A stretch of 64,000 nt of DNA, from NCBI GenBank assembly GCA_963664195.1, contig OY760907.1:1760001-1824000 (forward strand). The letters run 5' to 3'. Positions within the stretch are counted from its first letter, which is position 1. Each line of letters starts with the position of its first letter. This stretch comes from an uncultured candidate division Zixibacteria bacterium. Lineage in GTDB: Bacteria > Zixibacteria > MSB-5A5 > GN15 > FEB-12. The notes under the pieces were generated by a model. That model was not told where the DNA came from. It did no database searches and saw only the letters and a list, made by a program, of their open reading frames with translations. A program made the position numbers and the translations under genes. Positions 40,015 through 49,271 of this stretch are shown piece by piece.

Positions 40015-41187
40015 TTACCAGGCAAACTGCCAGCTCGTGCTTGAGGGTATCGAGACACGCCTTCGGAGAATCGAACCGTCGGTGCGCGTAATCGTGAACT
40101 CGTATTCAGTGCTGTTTCCACTCAGCGAGGTGGACGGAATCAGGTCGAGATAGAAATACCCCGTTTCGTTGCTCTTAGTTGACACGGGGAAGGGAGAGAC
40201 AATCACCCCGCTGATCTGCGAGGCGCCACGGGGGAGATGCGCGGTGATAGTTGCACCTGCCTCCGGTTGGCCATCGACTGTAAACAGGTAGCCGTACACC
40301 CGGCAAAGCGAAGGTGATGAGGGCGTACCCGGATCAAAGCGCGCGGCGAAAACCGTGTCCATGCCTTCTCCCAAAACCGTGATTGTATCGTAGGTGGCAA
40401 AGAGATATCCGGGCGCGGTGGCTATTGCGATGTAGTCCCCGGCATTCAGATTGAATGCTGATTCCCCCGAGGCGTCAGTGACAGAGGCGGCGATCAGGCT
40501 GGACTGGTCGACATTTCTGATGGTTATGCTTGCTCCGGGCACTGTCTGCGATGATGAGGTGTCGAAGGCTACGATTGTGGTGGCGAAGGCACCGTCGCCC
40601 ATGCCGGGGCAATCGACATCGGTTAGAACGGTGTCTTCTGTGAAGTCGAAGGCCGATACCCAGTTGTCCTGCGACTGCAGCGTATCCAACACCGCTTTCA
40701 ACGAGTCGATTACGAGGTGCAGACTGTCGAGGGCCAGCCGCGAGTTGCGAGCCGCGATTCCGGTCGAGTCGCCGATATCATCCAGTTCCCAACCGGTCAC
40801 CTGAAAGCTGCCGGTGTTGGGGGTCGGTAATCCGAGCGACAGCGACTTTGCTATTACGGATATCGAATACGTGCCACTTGAACCGGGGCCGTCGATATCG
40901 CTCACTGCCGCACGGTAAGCGTAGACCGGGAATCCGCCAATGGATGAGCTGAGCAGCCGTGACGAGGAGTTGTTGATCTCCTCGAAGAAGACAGCGGTTC
41001 CTCCCGGACCGATCACGGTGACAAAAAAACTGTCGGCAGCCACCGGGCATCCGAGAGAGTCCAGAGAGTGGAGAGCGAAGCAGACTGAATCCTCGCTCGA
41101 ATTGCCGGAGTTGTTCACTATGCCAAAGGCGGACGCGGAAACGGGGGCGGTCAACCAGAGGAGTAAGGTTATCAATCGAATCATCAT
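40015..41187 (-). CDS. Signal-peptide protein with carboxypeptidase-regulatory-like (transthyretin-type) beta domains
   Basis: ATGA overlap with upstream gene; MMIRLITLLLWLTAPVSASA; VPGASITI...TDASGESAFNLNAGDY..IATAPGY; CRVYGYLFTVDGQP. Confidence 0.75.
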   Translation of the reverse strand: MMIRLITLLLWLTAPVSASAFGIVNNSGNSSEDSVCFALHSLDSLGCPVAADSFFVTVIGPGGTAVFFEEINNSSSRLLSSSIGGFPVYAYRAAVSDIDGPGSSGTYSISVIAKSLSLGLPTPNTGSFQVTGWELDDIGDSTGIAARNSRLALDSLHLVIDSLKAVLDTLQSQDNWVSAFDFTEDTVLTDVDCPGMGDGAFATTIVAFDTSSSQTVPGASITIRNVDQSSLIAASVTDASGESAFNLNAGDYIAIATAPGYLFATYDTITVLGEGMDTVFAARFDPGTPSSPSLCRVYGYLFTVDGQPEAGATITAHLPRGASQISGVIVSPFPVSTKSNETGYFYLDLIPSTSLSGNSTEYEFTITRTDGSILRRRVSIPSSTSWQFAW

Positions 41188-42338
41188 TGAGGAATTCCTT
41201 CCGTGAGAAGCCGTCGACGGTTGGTCGTTCGCGTCGACAGTTCGTTGGTCGAGTAAACAGCGTAGGCGGAGTAGCGATAGGAGCGGAGATTGATCAGAAA
41301 CCACGGATCGCAGAACGATGAGCCGCTGCATCGCGGACAACTATTTGCAAACGTATCATAGGCGACACGGGTGGCATCCGACATATTTTCAGCCTCGACA
41401 ATGGCATAGGTTGTTCCTGTCGTGAGGGTGATGTTCACTGCGGCCGCTACCCATTGTGCGGCCGACGTTGATCCGATTCTGGGTGAACGGGCGGTCGGAC
41501 TGCCCGCAGGGCGACCGTCAACACCGCAGGCGTAGATTGCCAGCGCCGCCGAATCATCCGCGTACACGAAATACATGAACAGTGAGTCAATGACGGCGTT
41601 CTCGGGTGCCGTGAACAGATCATCGACGTAGGCCTGGGCGTAATTGTAGCTGTTTGAGAAATTGACGGTCGAGCCGCCTACCGTCTCACTTCCGAAGTGC
41701 GGATCAACTACGACCGGATACTTTGCTCGTGCCAGAAACCAGTCAGGAATGGTCAGGGTGAGATGGGTGCCGTCTATAAGCAGGTCGCACCAGACAGTGT
41801 CACCGGATGAGTCCCAGGCTTTCGGGCGGTACAAGTGAAAGGCTTTCCCTGTTCCGCGCGTGCCGGTTACGGTCGGGCAGGATTGGTAAACGGCGTAGGA
41901 TCCTATCACCGAGTCAGGGCGACGGGCGCCATCGGCTTTCTCCAGATCGGTCAAGGTGTCCTGATAGTGGAAACTGAGTCCGTGGTGTTCGACTCTATAC
42001 GTGAAGACGTTTGTGTCGGGCATAGAAGACACGAGTGTTTCCCACTCAAAGCCGCCGTCGGGAGTTGCATACAGACTGTGGCTGGCTCGGCTACCGGTCT
42101 CTGACGATAAGTTGTCGGCGAGATTCACCGAGAAACTACAGCGATCACCCCAGGCTGACAGAGTAAATCCGGGTGTTTCCGCCGGACCAATGGAGGCTGT
42201 CAGTTGTCGGTCCGCTGTGCTACGAGAGTTGGCCGCGTCATCCAGTCGGTAGGTGCGGCTGATTGGAGTTGACTGGCCGAGTGCACCACCACAGAGCACA
42301 AACAACACGCTGATGATGGCGATTGGTCTATTCGGCAT
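41184..42338 (-). CDS. Signal-peptide hypothetical protein, phage-associated-like
   Basis: MPNRPIAIISVLFVLCGGALG; VIGSYAVY...GKAFHLYRPKAWD...FLARAKYPVVVDPHFG; overlaps both neighbours. Confidence 0.7.
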   Translation of the reverse strand: MPNRPIAIISVLFVLCGGALGQSTPISRTYRLDDAANSRSTADRQLTASIGPAETPGFTLSAWGDRCSFSVNLADNLSSETGSRASHSLYATPDGGFEWETLVSSMPDTNVFTYRVEHHGLSFHYQDTLTDLEKADGARRPDSVIGSYAVYQSCPTVTGTRGTGKAFHLYRPKAWDSSGDTVWCDLLIDGTHLTLTIPDWFLARAKYPVVVDPHFGSETVGGSTVNFSNSYNYAQAYVDDLFTAPENAVIDSLFMYFVYADDSAALAIYACGVDGRPAGSPTARSPRIGSTSAAQWVAAAVNITLTTGTTYAIVEAENMSDATRVAYDTFANSCPRCSGSSFCDPWFLINLRSYRYSAYAVYSTNELSTRTTNRRRLLTEGIPQ

Positions 42339-42624
42339 CGGCTTGTTTCCGGTGTGAGTTAGGTTGCTTGTCGGGAGGGGCGGTATCTTTCGGCGGCGGC
42401 GTCCCGAGGACGTCCTGACGCACTCTGGAAATCATGTCCCAGGCTTTCTGCTGAGAGGCATTGTCGGCGGTTAGTTCTTTGCACTGCTGTATCATTTTCC
42501 ACAAGTCTCCTATTTTGGCGTGTTGGGCTATCTGTTCGGCAAACGTGATAAATGTCAGCCGGACGGCATCGTTTAGCCGCGGGACGATATTGCTTGTCGC
42601 ATCTTTCTCTTTGGTGGCGGCCAT
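42328..42624 (-). CDS. Small helical hypothetical protein (possible terminase small subunit)
   Basis: ATG 4 nt after upstream stop; helical KIGDLWKMIQQCKEL segment and disordered tail; function is a guess. Confidence 0.55.
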   Translation of the reverse strand: MAATKEKDATSNIVPRLNDAVRLTFITFAEQIAQHAKIGDLWKMIQQCKELTADNASQQKAWDMISRVRQDVLGTPPPKDTAPPDKQPNSHRKQADAE

Positions 42625-42628
42625 GGAT

Positions 42629-43003
42629 CTAATCGCCCATTTCAACGATCAAGAGATCGACGGTTACGGTTGATCCCGACGAGCTGTCTCGGGCGATCTT
42701 GAAACTGTGCGAGGTCTCCTGTCCGACAATGAAGGCCGGTTGGCTGTTGTGCGGACGAAGAATCACGCGGGGGGATTTGATTTCCTCGGGAAGACGATTC
42801 CCCCGGTGGTCGATGAGGCCTGTAAACGCTACCTCCTGATCCGCCTCGCCCAAATGACAGCGGTCAAAGTAGATAGACAGGGCACCGTCGATCATCTCGA
42901 CTGCCAGATAGTCGTGCTCACCCGAGGGGGGCAGACCCCAGACCTCAAGGTCGGGTACGAACCAGACTCTTTTGGCGGTCACTCTTTCTAATCCTGATAT
43001 CAT
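42629..43003 (-). CDS. Hypothetical protein in head module
   Basis: AAGGAG RBS; 124 aa, beta-rich. Confidence 0.7.
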   Translation of the reverse strand: MISGLERVTAKRVWFVPDLEVWGLPPSGEHDYLAVEMIDGALSIYFDRCHLGEADQEVAFTGLIDHRGNRLPEEIKSPRVILRPHNSQPAFIVGQETSHSFKIARDSSSGSTVTVDLLIVEMGD

Positions 43004-43014
43004 GTTGTTCTCCT

Positions 43015-43827
43015 TCAGGTTCGCTTCGGCGGTCTGAGACTGGTTTTGGGTGGATGGAAAGCACGGAGGATTTGCTCGTATTGCGAGCGATAGCTGTCGG
43101 CCAGTTTCAACCAGGCGAGAGCAGGCCGATCCTCGCCGCGCAGTCTGCCAAGTTCTCTACCGGCAGCGGCGCTGCAGACGATCTCCAGGGCCCGGAAGGT
43201 GGCAGCGGTTTCGAGGGCGGATTCGGATTCGTAGCGACGTTGTGGGTCGACCTCGTTTTCGATCATCCCGTTGGCCAGCGTCACGGCGTTGTCCACGAGG
43301 TCATCTTCGAGACTCAGAAATGCGGGATCGTAATCGAGGTACACGGTTTCGTGTTCGGTGATGTTGCCGCCGGACAGCCGTCGTATCTCGCCGCGCTGGG
43401 GACGGAGTTGGTAATCCTCGCCAGGTACGTAGATGGTGTACGGAATGAACCAGGCGGTTACAATTGATCTCTCAGTCATGGCGCTTTCGGTTTTTAGCGT
43501 GAGCGTTCCTTCGGCATAGTCTATCACGTAATCACGTGACTCGGTGTAGATAGTGCCGAGTGAACTGTCGGAGGCGACCACCACGGATCCGGGGACGAGC
43601 GGTGATGATGGGAGGGCGGTCACCCCCGAACCGGTAGAGATTTCGATCCGAGACGGGTTTGTCGCTTGAATCGATTTCACGCGCACGGAGGATTCGTCAA
43701 TCGCACCACCGTAGAAGCGGGCGAAATCTCCGGATGTCAGGGCTATTCGCTGGTCGCAGACTCTGTCCTGAATCGGGAGAGGTGACGCGAGGAATCTTCG
43801 AATCTGATCTGCATTTGTGTAGGACAC
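43015..43827 (-). CDS. Putative head-completion/adaptor protein with inserted beta domains
   Basis: GGAGG RBS; MSYTNADQIRRFL start and helical VDNAVTLANGMIE..V C-terminus recall head-tail connectors; two DY(V/Q)xxxxxGxI/L repeats. Confidence 0.55.
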   Translation of the reverse strand: MSYTNADQIRRFLASPLPIQDRVCDQRIALTSGDFARFYGGAIDESSVRVKSIQATNPSRIEISTGSGVTALPSSPLVPGSVVVASDSSLGTIYTESRDYVIDYAEGTLTLKTESAMTERSIVTAWFIPYTIYVPGEDYQLRPQRGEIRRLSGGNITEHETVYLDYDPAFLSLEDDLVDNAVTLANGMIENEVDPQRRYESESALETAATFRALEIVCSAAAGRELGRLRGEDRPALAWLKLADSYRSQYEQILRAFHPPKTSLRPPKRT

Positions 43828-43830
43828 GGG

Positions 43831-45243
43831 TTACCTCCTGAAAGTGATTGGGCTGATTCTGGAGGCAGCGACAGTCTGGGTGCCCACCGGTCCGGTGGCG
43901 AAGGTCGAGTCTACGGCGACGCGAATCCACAAGCGTGACTGTCCTTCGATAGTTGTGCGCTGCCAATCATCGGGGATGGAGCCGTAATCCTGCCAGAAAA
44001 GCATGTCGGCCGAAGCGAGACTGAAGTCGTAGCTGCCGTTGGCCGGGGTGAATGCTTTCCAGTTGGCTCCGTCCCAGTAGCTGAAGGAGACCGTGCCGCC
44101 TGAACCGGGCGTGGACAGTTCCATCCGGGCGTACCTGAATCGCGCGTCCAATCCGAGGAAGAGCGCGTCTCCGGGATTCTGGAACAGACAGCCGGAGACT
44201 GAGTGGTAGAAGTCGGCCGCCTCTGCGGTTTCTGCCTGAGCGGTTAGGTCTTCGGTCGTGCCCGAGGAGGCGTCGTGTAGCAGGACCGAGTCGAACACGG
44301 CAGAGCGAATGTCTATCACCTGCGGAGTGGAGAAGCTGCCGGACTTGCGGTCGGTGTACATCCGGCACAAGCGATTACCGGCTTCGGGAGCGAGATAGAC
44401 GATGGTAGGAACGTTTCCGGAGTAGCTTAGTTGGGGGGACATCGTCTGTCTGCTGTCGAGTGTCATCGCGTTATCCCAACTGTTGTTGGATAATTCGCGG
44501 AAGTGCAGGCCGTTCTGTGCGAAGGCAACTCCGATGACGCCGGTTCCGGTGACGGCACAGTCGAAATCGGCTGTGAACCCTGTGCCTGCAGCTACTGCGC
44601 AGGCAGTAGACCAACTGCCACCGGACAGGAGACGGGAGCGGAAGAACAGTCCGGAATCCTGACTTGAATAGAAAACATGAATCGAGTCACTATCTGCGAC
44701 CAGCCGTGACCAGACGAACATGGCGCCCGAGTACACTTGGTCTCCGTCATCGGACGGTCCCGCGCCCCAGGTGAGGCCGTCGTCGGCGGAGGACTTGACG
44801 TGGATTCGTCGGAGGGGGGCTTCGTATCGTGACCAACTGATCCAGAGGGTGCCGGTGTCGTCGATCGCCAGGGATGGATCAAAGCAGGATGTCTGGTTGT
44901 TGATTACCACAGCGTCGCCGACCGTCCAGACGCCGGCAGCGTATGAGAGCTTGCGGCAGAGAAGATAGTGGGTGGATAGCTGGCTGTAGACAATGTAGAG
45001 ATCGCCTCCGGCATTTATCCGACAGTCGAAGCTGTAATCGGCGGCATCAGACACGACTGTCACCGGCTCCGACCAGCAGGACCGGGGGGCGTCGGAATGC
45101 AGGAGCTGGATTTCGGTCGGCGATGTCTGGACCAGCGCTACGAGTCTTCCGGAGTATGATCCCGAGGACAGTTCAAACAGCTTCTTTTGAACGGGATTAC
45201 CCAGCGGCAAAGAAGCCGAGCTGTCAGCGATTTTCTTGTGCAT
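43831..45243 (-). CDS. Asp-box/BNR beta-propeller protein with C-terminal beta-sandwich
   Basis: GAGG RBS; SADDGLTW Asp-box; repeated blade-like DPSLAIDDTGTLWISW; SYWDGANWKA. Confidence 0.7.
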   Translation of the reverse strand: MHKKIADSSASLPLGNPVQKKLFELSSGSYSGRLVALVQTSPTEIQLLHSDAPRSCWSEPVTVVSDAADYSFDCRINAGGDLYIVYSQLSTHYLLCRKLSYAAGVWTVGDAVVINNQTSCFDPSLAIDDTGTLWISWSRYEAPLRRIHVKSSADDGLTWGAGPSDDGDQVYSGAMFVWSRLVADSDSIHVFYSSQDSGLFFRSRLLSGGSWSTACAVAAGTGFTADFDCAVTGTGVIGVAFAQNGLHFRELSNNSWDNAMTLDSRQTMSPQLSYSGNVPTIVYLAPEAGNRLCRMYTDRKSGSFSTPQVIDIRSAVFDSVLLHDASSGTTEDLTAQAETAEAADFYHSVSGCLFQNPGDALFLGLDARFRYARMELSTPGSGGTVSFSYWDGANWKAFTPANGSYDFSLASADMLFWQDYGSIPDDWQRTTIEGQSRLWIRVAVDSTFATGPVGTQTVAASRISPITFRR

Positions 45244-45263
45244 ATTTCCTCACAAAAGGAGAC

Positions 45264-45290
45264 GGACCCGCGATCGAAGGTCGCGAGTCC
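45264..45290 (-). other. Stem-loop just after the extended capsid stop (mRNA stabiliser/partial terminator)
   Basis: Minus-strand GGACTCGCGACC-ttc-GATCGCGGGTCC, ~10 nt after the TAA at 45300. Confidence 0.55.
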
Positions 45291-45299
45291 GCGTGTGAA

Positions 45300-46403
45300 T
45301 TACGAGTGTACGGTGTCGAGAATGACTGCGGCGTCTTTGATCACTTTGGCGTACGTGACCGATTAGGAGATGACCGCTTCCTCAAACCGCTGTTCGATGA
45401 TCTTGTCATATTCGATCATCAGCGGCTGGGTGATGACTTCCTCGACTGCAAACCGCGTATCAAGGCCGATGACGTAGTCGGTCGGTACCGAGTCGGAACG
45501 GACGAGAGTCGCGCCGAGCGGACTGAACAACTCGCCCGATTTCTGGAACCGGTACCCGGCCAGGGGATCCTTGAACTCGTCGAGAGTGAGAATAGTCTTG
45601 AGCGTGTTGATGTGGCAGATGATACTGTTCATCTCGAAGGGGGCGAAGGAGGCCCAGAGGGTGATGAGATCGTCGTAGTCAAGAGTGCCCGAGGCAGCGC
45701 TGTTGATGACGGTGGCGCCGTTTGAGTTGCCGTCGCCGTTGATGATCGTATCAACGAGCATGCCGATCTTGTCGGTCTGCATCATGAATCCGATGTACCA
45801 CAGGACCACGCGGAACTGCGAGGTGCTCCGGTAGCGAAGGGCTTTGTAGGAGGTCTTGAGCGCGAGGCCGTAGTCCTTGACGTTGACTGCGTGATTTTGC
45901 TCGTTGACGAGCAATTGCGGTATTTCGGCTCCGTCGCCGATGGGGCGCATCGAGAAGCGGCTTTCATCCGAGGTGTCGATAAAAAACGGTGTGTACCGAT
46001 TGCTCGAAACTGCGGTAGTGTTTGCGATCAATTTCGACAGTTCGGGGCGCATCTGCTGGCCCTTTTTGATCTCTCGCAGCATGAACTCCGGCATCAGCGA
46101 TGAGGCTTTCTGGAAAAACTGTTCTACGGTGGTCGGGTTCTTGCCGCCAAGTTGGACGCCGGCCATGACAAGCTGGCGCTCGAAGGCGTCCAGGGGAGAA
46201 CCCTGCATGCTGGGATCAAACTCATCGCATTCCAGGAGCTCCGAGAGTGAGAGGCCACGGGCGTCGGCCTCGAGGTACAGTTCGCGATTGACCGTAACAT
46301 CGGCGGTTCGACTGAGGTTGATTTTGCCGAGACCGGACTGTCGGTCGTTTTCGGCGCTTATCGCAGAGGCACCGGCCGTATTGAGGAAGTTGTTGAAATC
46401 CAT
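45300..46403 (-). CDS. Phage major capsid protein (HK97-type), interrupted by in-frame TAA at 45365-45363 (possible pseudogene)
   Basis: AAAGGA RBS; LDAFERQL, VEQFF, LMPEFMLREI, IGDGAEIP, DYGLALKTSYKALR, IINGDGN, IEYDKIIEQRFEEAVIS*SVTYAKVIKDAAVIL. Confidence 0.82.
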
Positions 46404-46416
46404 TTGTCGTTCCTTT

Positions 46417-46839
46417 CTAGTTGAGAAGAAGCACACAGTCAGTGGTTCCGTTGACTGCCAGTACGGTGCCACGGGCAATGTTGCCGCCGACCGGGTCATC
46501 GCCGGTCAGGACCGGGGCTTGACGGATCGTGCCGGCACTGCCGCCGACCACGCGATTGCCGACCGAGGGGATAGTGGCCGAGACGGCGAGCCGGCAGATG
46601 CCGCCGACTTGCACCGTGGCGAGGCGGTCACCGTTGTCATTGTCGGACAGGGTGAGGCTGATCAGTTTCCCGAGCAGTTGATCGCCGCTCCCGATCGGGC
46701 CGATTTCGTTGTCGTCGGTGAGGGTGACCGGTTCTCCGAGATTGGCGTCCTTGAGGTCGTCAACGCCGGTTGTCTGGTGAATGCCGAAAGTGGCCAACAC
46801 CGGGGCAATCGTATCGAGTTTCTGTTCTCTTATGGACAT
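46417..46839 (-). CDS. Putative capsid decoration/cement protein (DUF2190-like)
   Basis: AAGGA RBS; small Gly/Val-rich beta protein (GEPVTL, ATVQVGG) immediately upstream of capsid gene. Confidence 0.65.
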   Translation of the reverse strand: MSIREQKLDTIAPVLATFGIHQTTGVDDLKDANLGEPVTLTDDNEIGPIGSGDQLLGKLISLTLSDNDNGDRLATVQVGGICRLAVSATIPSVGNRVVGGSAGTIRQAPVLTGDDPVGGNIARGTVLAVNGTTDCVLLLN

Positions 46840-46927
46840 AGCGTTTTCCTTTGTTCTGAGTCTGGTGAATCTTCGTCAGGGGAACGTGCCCCACTTCCTG
46901 CTAAAGAGGGAGTCTGACTCCCACGGG

Positions 46928-47296
46928 TCATTTGCTGTTGACGTGGGTGGTGAGCGGAAAGGTGTCCCGGAACCGTGCCGCAACACGGCGGTACTCATGG
47001 AGCAAAGCAGTCGCGTCGAGTTCCGGTAGCGTTTCGACGAACGCCAGGGCGTCCTTCCAGTGGTGGCGATTGCGTGTGATCGCGGCCATTGCCTTGACCA
47101 TGCCGCCGATGCGCAACTGGTAGTCCTGTCGGAGCATCGCGAGGTCGGTTTTGATCCGGGAGTGAGACTGCAGTTGGGAAGTGGTCTGTTTGAGGCATGT
47201 CTTGATCTGATCGAAATCGACCAGTGAGAGCGAGCTTTCGTTCAGATGCAAGAGGGCGTCGTGCAGCGTGTCGATGTGCGTGTTACTGTTTTCCAA
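46928..47296 (-). CDS. Putative scaffolding-like helical protein
   Basis: All-helical; ends LDATALLHEYRRVAARFRDTFP; lies between protease and capsid genes. Confidence 0.55.
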   Translation of the reverse strand: MENSNTHIDTLHDALLHLNESSLSLVDFDQIKTCLKQTTSQLQSHSRIKTDLAMLRQDYQLRIGGMVKAMAAITRNRHHWKDALAFVETLPELDATALLHEYRRVAARFRDTFPLTTHVNSK

Positions 47297-47594
47297 CCTG
47301 TTCTCCTGATTTTTCGATTAGGTATTCTTCTATGCGGATCAGCCGGGCCTCGACATCGGAGGAAAACCGGTAAAACTGTTCTTTGCCGATCACGCCTTCT
47401 TTGAGGAAGACCTCGAAACTGGCCAGTTTCTTGTCGAGCGCGTCGACTACGCCGCTCTCCGCCTTGGCGGCCAGTTCGATTTTGAGCGATTGGATCGTCA
47501 TGAAGTAGGCTGCGGCGACGCCCATGATGACTACGATGAAATGGAGCAGTTGGGCGTTGAGATGAATCGGGAGACTTTTTCTGTTCTCAGACAC
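47283..47594 (-). CDS. Single-TM coiled-coil protein
   Basis: GGAGG RBS; LLHFIVVIMGVAAAYFMTI then coiled coil; overlaps both neighbours. Confidence 0.7.
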   Translation of the reverse strand: MSENRKSLPIHLNAQLLHFIVVIMGVAAAYFMTIQSLKIELAAKAESGVVDALDKKLASFEVFLKEGVIGKEQFYRFSSDVEARLIRIEEYLIEKSGEQVGKQ

Positions 47595-49023
47595 GGGTTA
47601 CCTCCCCTGGAAGTTTGCGCAAGACGAACACGGATTCTCCTTTCAATCGCGCCGGACGAATACTGCACTCGTGCGGTTTGCAGAGGTTACTGGCCGACAC
47701 GTTGGCTGATTGGGACTCAGCAATTTCGCGAGCGATGAATAGTCTATTTTCCTCCCAGCGGCTTTGATCGAACGCCGTGACACGCAAGCGTCTGGTCAGG
47801 GCGTCGGTTGTAACCGACAGGAAAGCGTCGGTCGAGCCGTCGATTGTGGAGAGCCCCACGCCGTCCTGTGGACACCCATCGATCAGGTCAGGATGACAGT
47901 AGTAGGTGTCCGTGCGGCCGGGGACGTCGACATCGGACCGGATATTCACTCCGAGGCGGGTCGTGATCTCAGACGCCTTCCGTGGAATGTCAGGGAGTGA
48001 GGCACGGCGGTACGGGATGGTGCGGATATCGAATCGTGATCGTTCGCGCGGTTGGGTGATGTCGGCGTGGTCGGGGTGCGGGTGCAGGTGCAGCACCAGG
48101 CGGGTTACATTGCTTGATTCGCCATTGACGTACTGTGTGACCTGCTTTCGACTGCAACGTTCCTTGCCGCGACATCCGACCAAAACGGCTAGCTCCGATT
48201 CGTTCGCGCCGAGCGTTTCCGGAAGTAACGAAGGCGTGTGGGGAAGTGCCAACGGTCGCCCGGATGAATCATGCAAAATCAGCTTGCCGCTTTCAGCGCG
48301 GGCCGTGACGGGGATGCCTTCGTAGCGAGGGGTAATGATGTATTGTGCGTGAGGGTCAAGCTGGCCGAGATCGGTCAGTTTCTTTGTCCTGATACCCGGA
48401 GAGCCGACCGGGGCATCATGTTGTTTGGACATGGTAGTACCGGGGTTGGCGCCGCGATACACCAGCGAAGTTTCCAGCACACGCTCGATACGTCGGTAGT
48501 TGAAATGGCACGTGTCCTCGGCACCGTCGCGGTCGTACGTGCCGAACGGTTCATGTTCACAGAGACGGATGTCTTGGCCGCAGATGGAGCATTCCGGCAG
48601 CGAAAACGTGAATGCGATCGAGCACTCTTTGTATATCCCGCCATCGATGTTTTTCAGCAGGTCTTCGGCGTTGTCTGCGGACCGGAGCCAGTAGAAGTAG
48701 CTTTTGACCCAGTGTTGCTCGTGGCGTCTGACGGTTTCTGCGTGGAAGGTGCGGGCAATCGGCAGTTTGTCTTTGCGATGGCCGACGAGGACCGGCGAAT
48801 CGACCAACAGTTCGACGAGGTGCTGGTGTTCACCGGCAGGGAATCGTCCGCCGAAAGAGTTGACCCGGTCCGATACGATGAACATTGCGCGAACATAGAC
48901 ATCATCGAGTGTCAGGTCCTCCGGCGGTTGGACTTGACTGTTGATTCGGTCGATCAGGCCCGATTCGGGGATCTCGGTGGGTTCGGCGAGACTGGCGACA
49001 ATTCGTCCCAGGCTTTTGGTCAT
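47587..49023 (-). CDS. Putative prohead protease fused to degenerate ATP-dependent-ligase-like domain
   Basis: GGAGG RBS; VLVGH, ARTF, NIDGGIYKECSIAF, CSICG, ETSLVYRGANP; then YIITPRYEGIPV...LILHDSSGRPL. Confidence 0.7.
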   Translation of the reverse strand: MTKSLGRIVASLAEPTEIPESGLIDRINSQVQPPEDLTLDDVYVRAMFIVSDRVNSFGGRFPAGEHQHLVELLVDSPVLVGHRKDKLPIARTFHAETVRRHEQHWVKSYFYWLRSADNAEDLLKNIDGGIYKECSIAFTFSLPECSICGQDIRLCEHEPFGTYDRDGAEDTCHFNYRRIERVLETSLVYRGANPGTTMSKQHDAPVGSPGIRTKKLTDLGQLDPHAQYIITPRYEGIPVTARAESGKLILHDSSGRPLALPHTPSLLPETLGANESELAVLVGCRGKERCSRKQVTQYVNGESSNVTRLVLHLHPHPDHADITQPRERSRFDIRTIPYRRASLPDIPRKASEITTRLGVNIRSDVDVPGRTDTYYCHPDLIDGCPQDGVGLSTIDGSTDAFLSVTTDALTRRLRVTAFDQSRWEENRLFIAREIAESQSANVSASNLCKPHECSIRPARLKGESVFVLRKLPGEVTRV

Positions 49024-49206
49024 GTTTTCCTCCTGAGTATGTAATAATCTGCGCGAATTCGGGATTACCGGCAGTTTCGAGGTGATTTTGCGCAAAAGAG
49101 TTCGCTTTTTCGTGGGCCGGGGAGTGTGGGGAATGCCCCACAACCAAAATCGCATCTCATCCAAGCACAGGCGATTAGGGGAGAATCAAAACTACGGAGG
49201 AATAGA

Positions 49207-49222
49207 GGGCATGGACTTTGCT
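49207..49222 (+). promoter_or_regulatory. Sigma-54 (-24/-12) promoter of the PEP-CTERM gene
   Basis: GGGCATGGACTTTGCT with exact GG-N10-GC spacing, ~50 nt before ATG; palindrome TTTTGCGCAAAA at 49086-49097 could be an activator site. Confidence 0.6.
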
Positions 49223-49271
49223 TTGACTCTGCCTGAACGATGACCGGGAAGGTCAACAAAGGAGAGAACTG

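Noticed and set aside
45363..45365. Alternative genetic code or Sec/Pyl recoding
   Set aside because: The codon is TAA, which serves as a normal stop in neighbouring genes; Sec and Pyl use TGA and TAG.
45904..46917. 337-aa plus-strand ORF, and similar long antisense ORFs at 16589, 18575, 22970, 48271 and 58457
   Set aside because: Fully overlap well-supported genes on the opposite strand; expected in GC-rich DNA.
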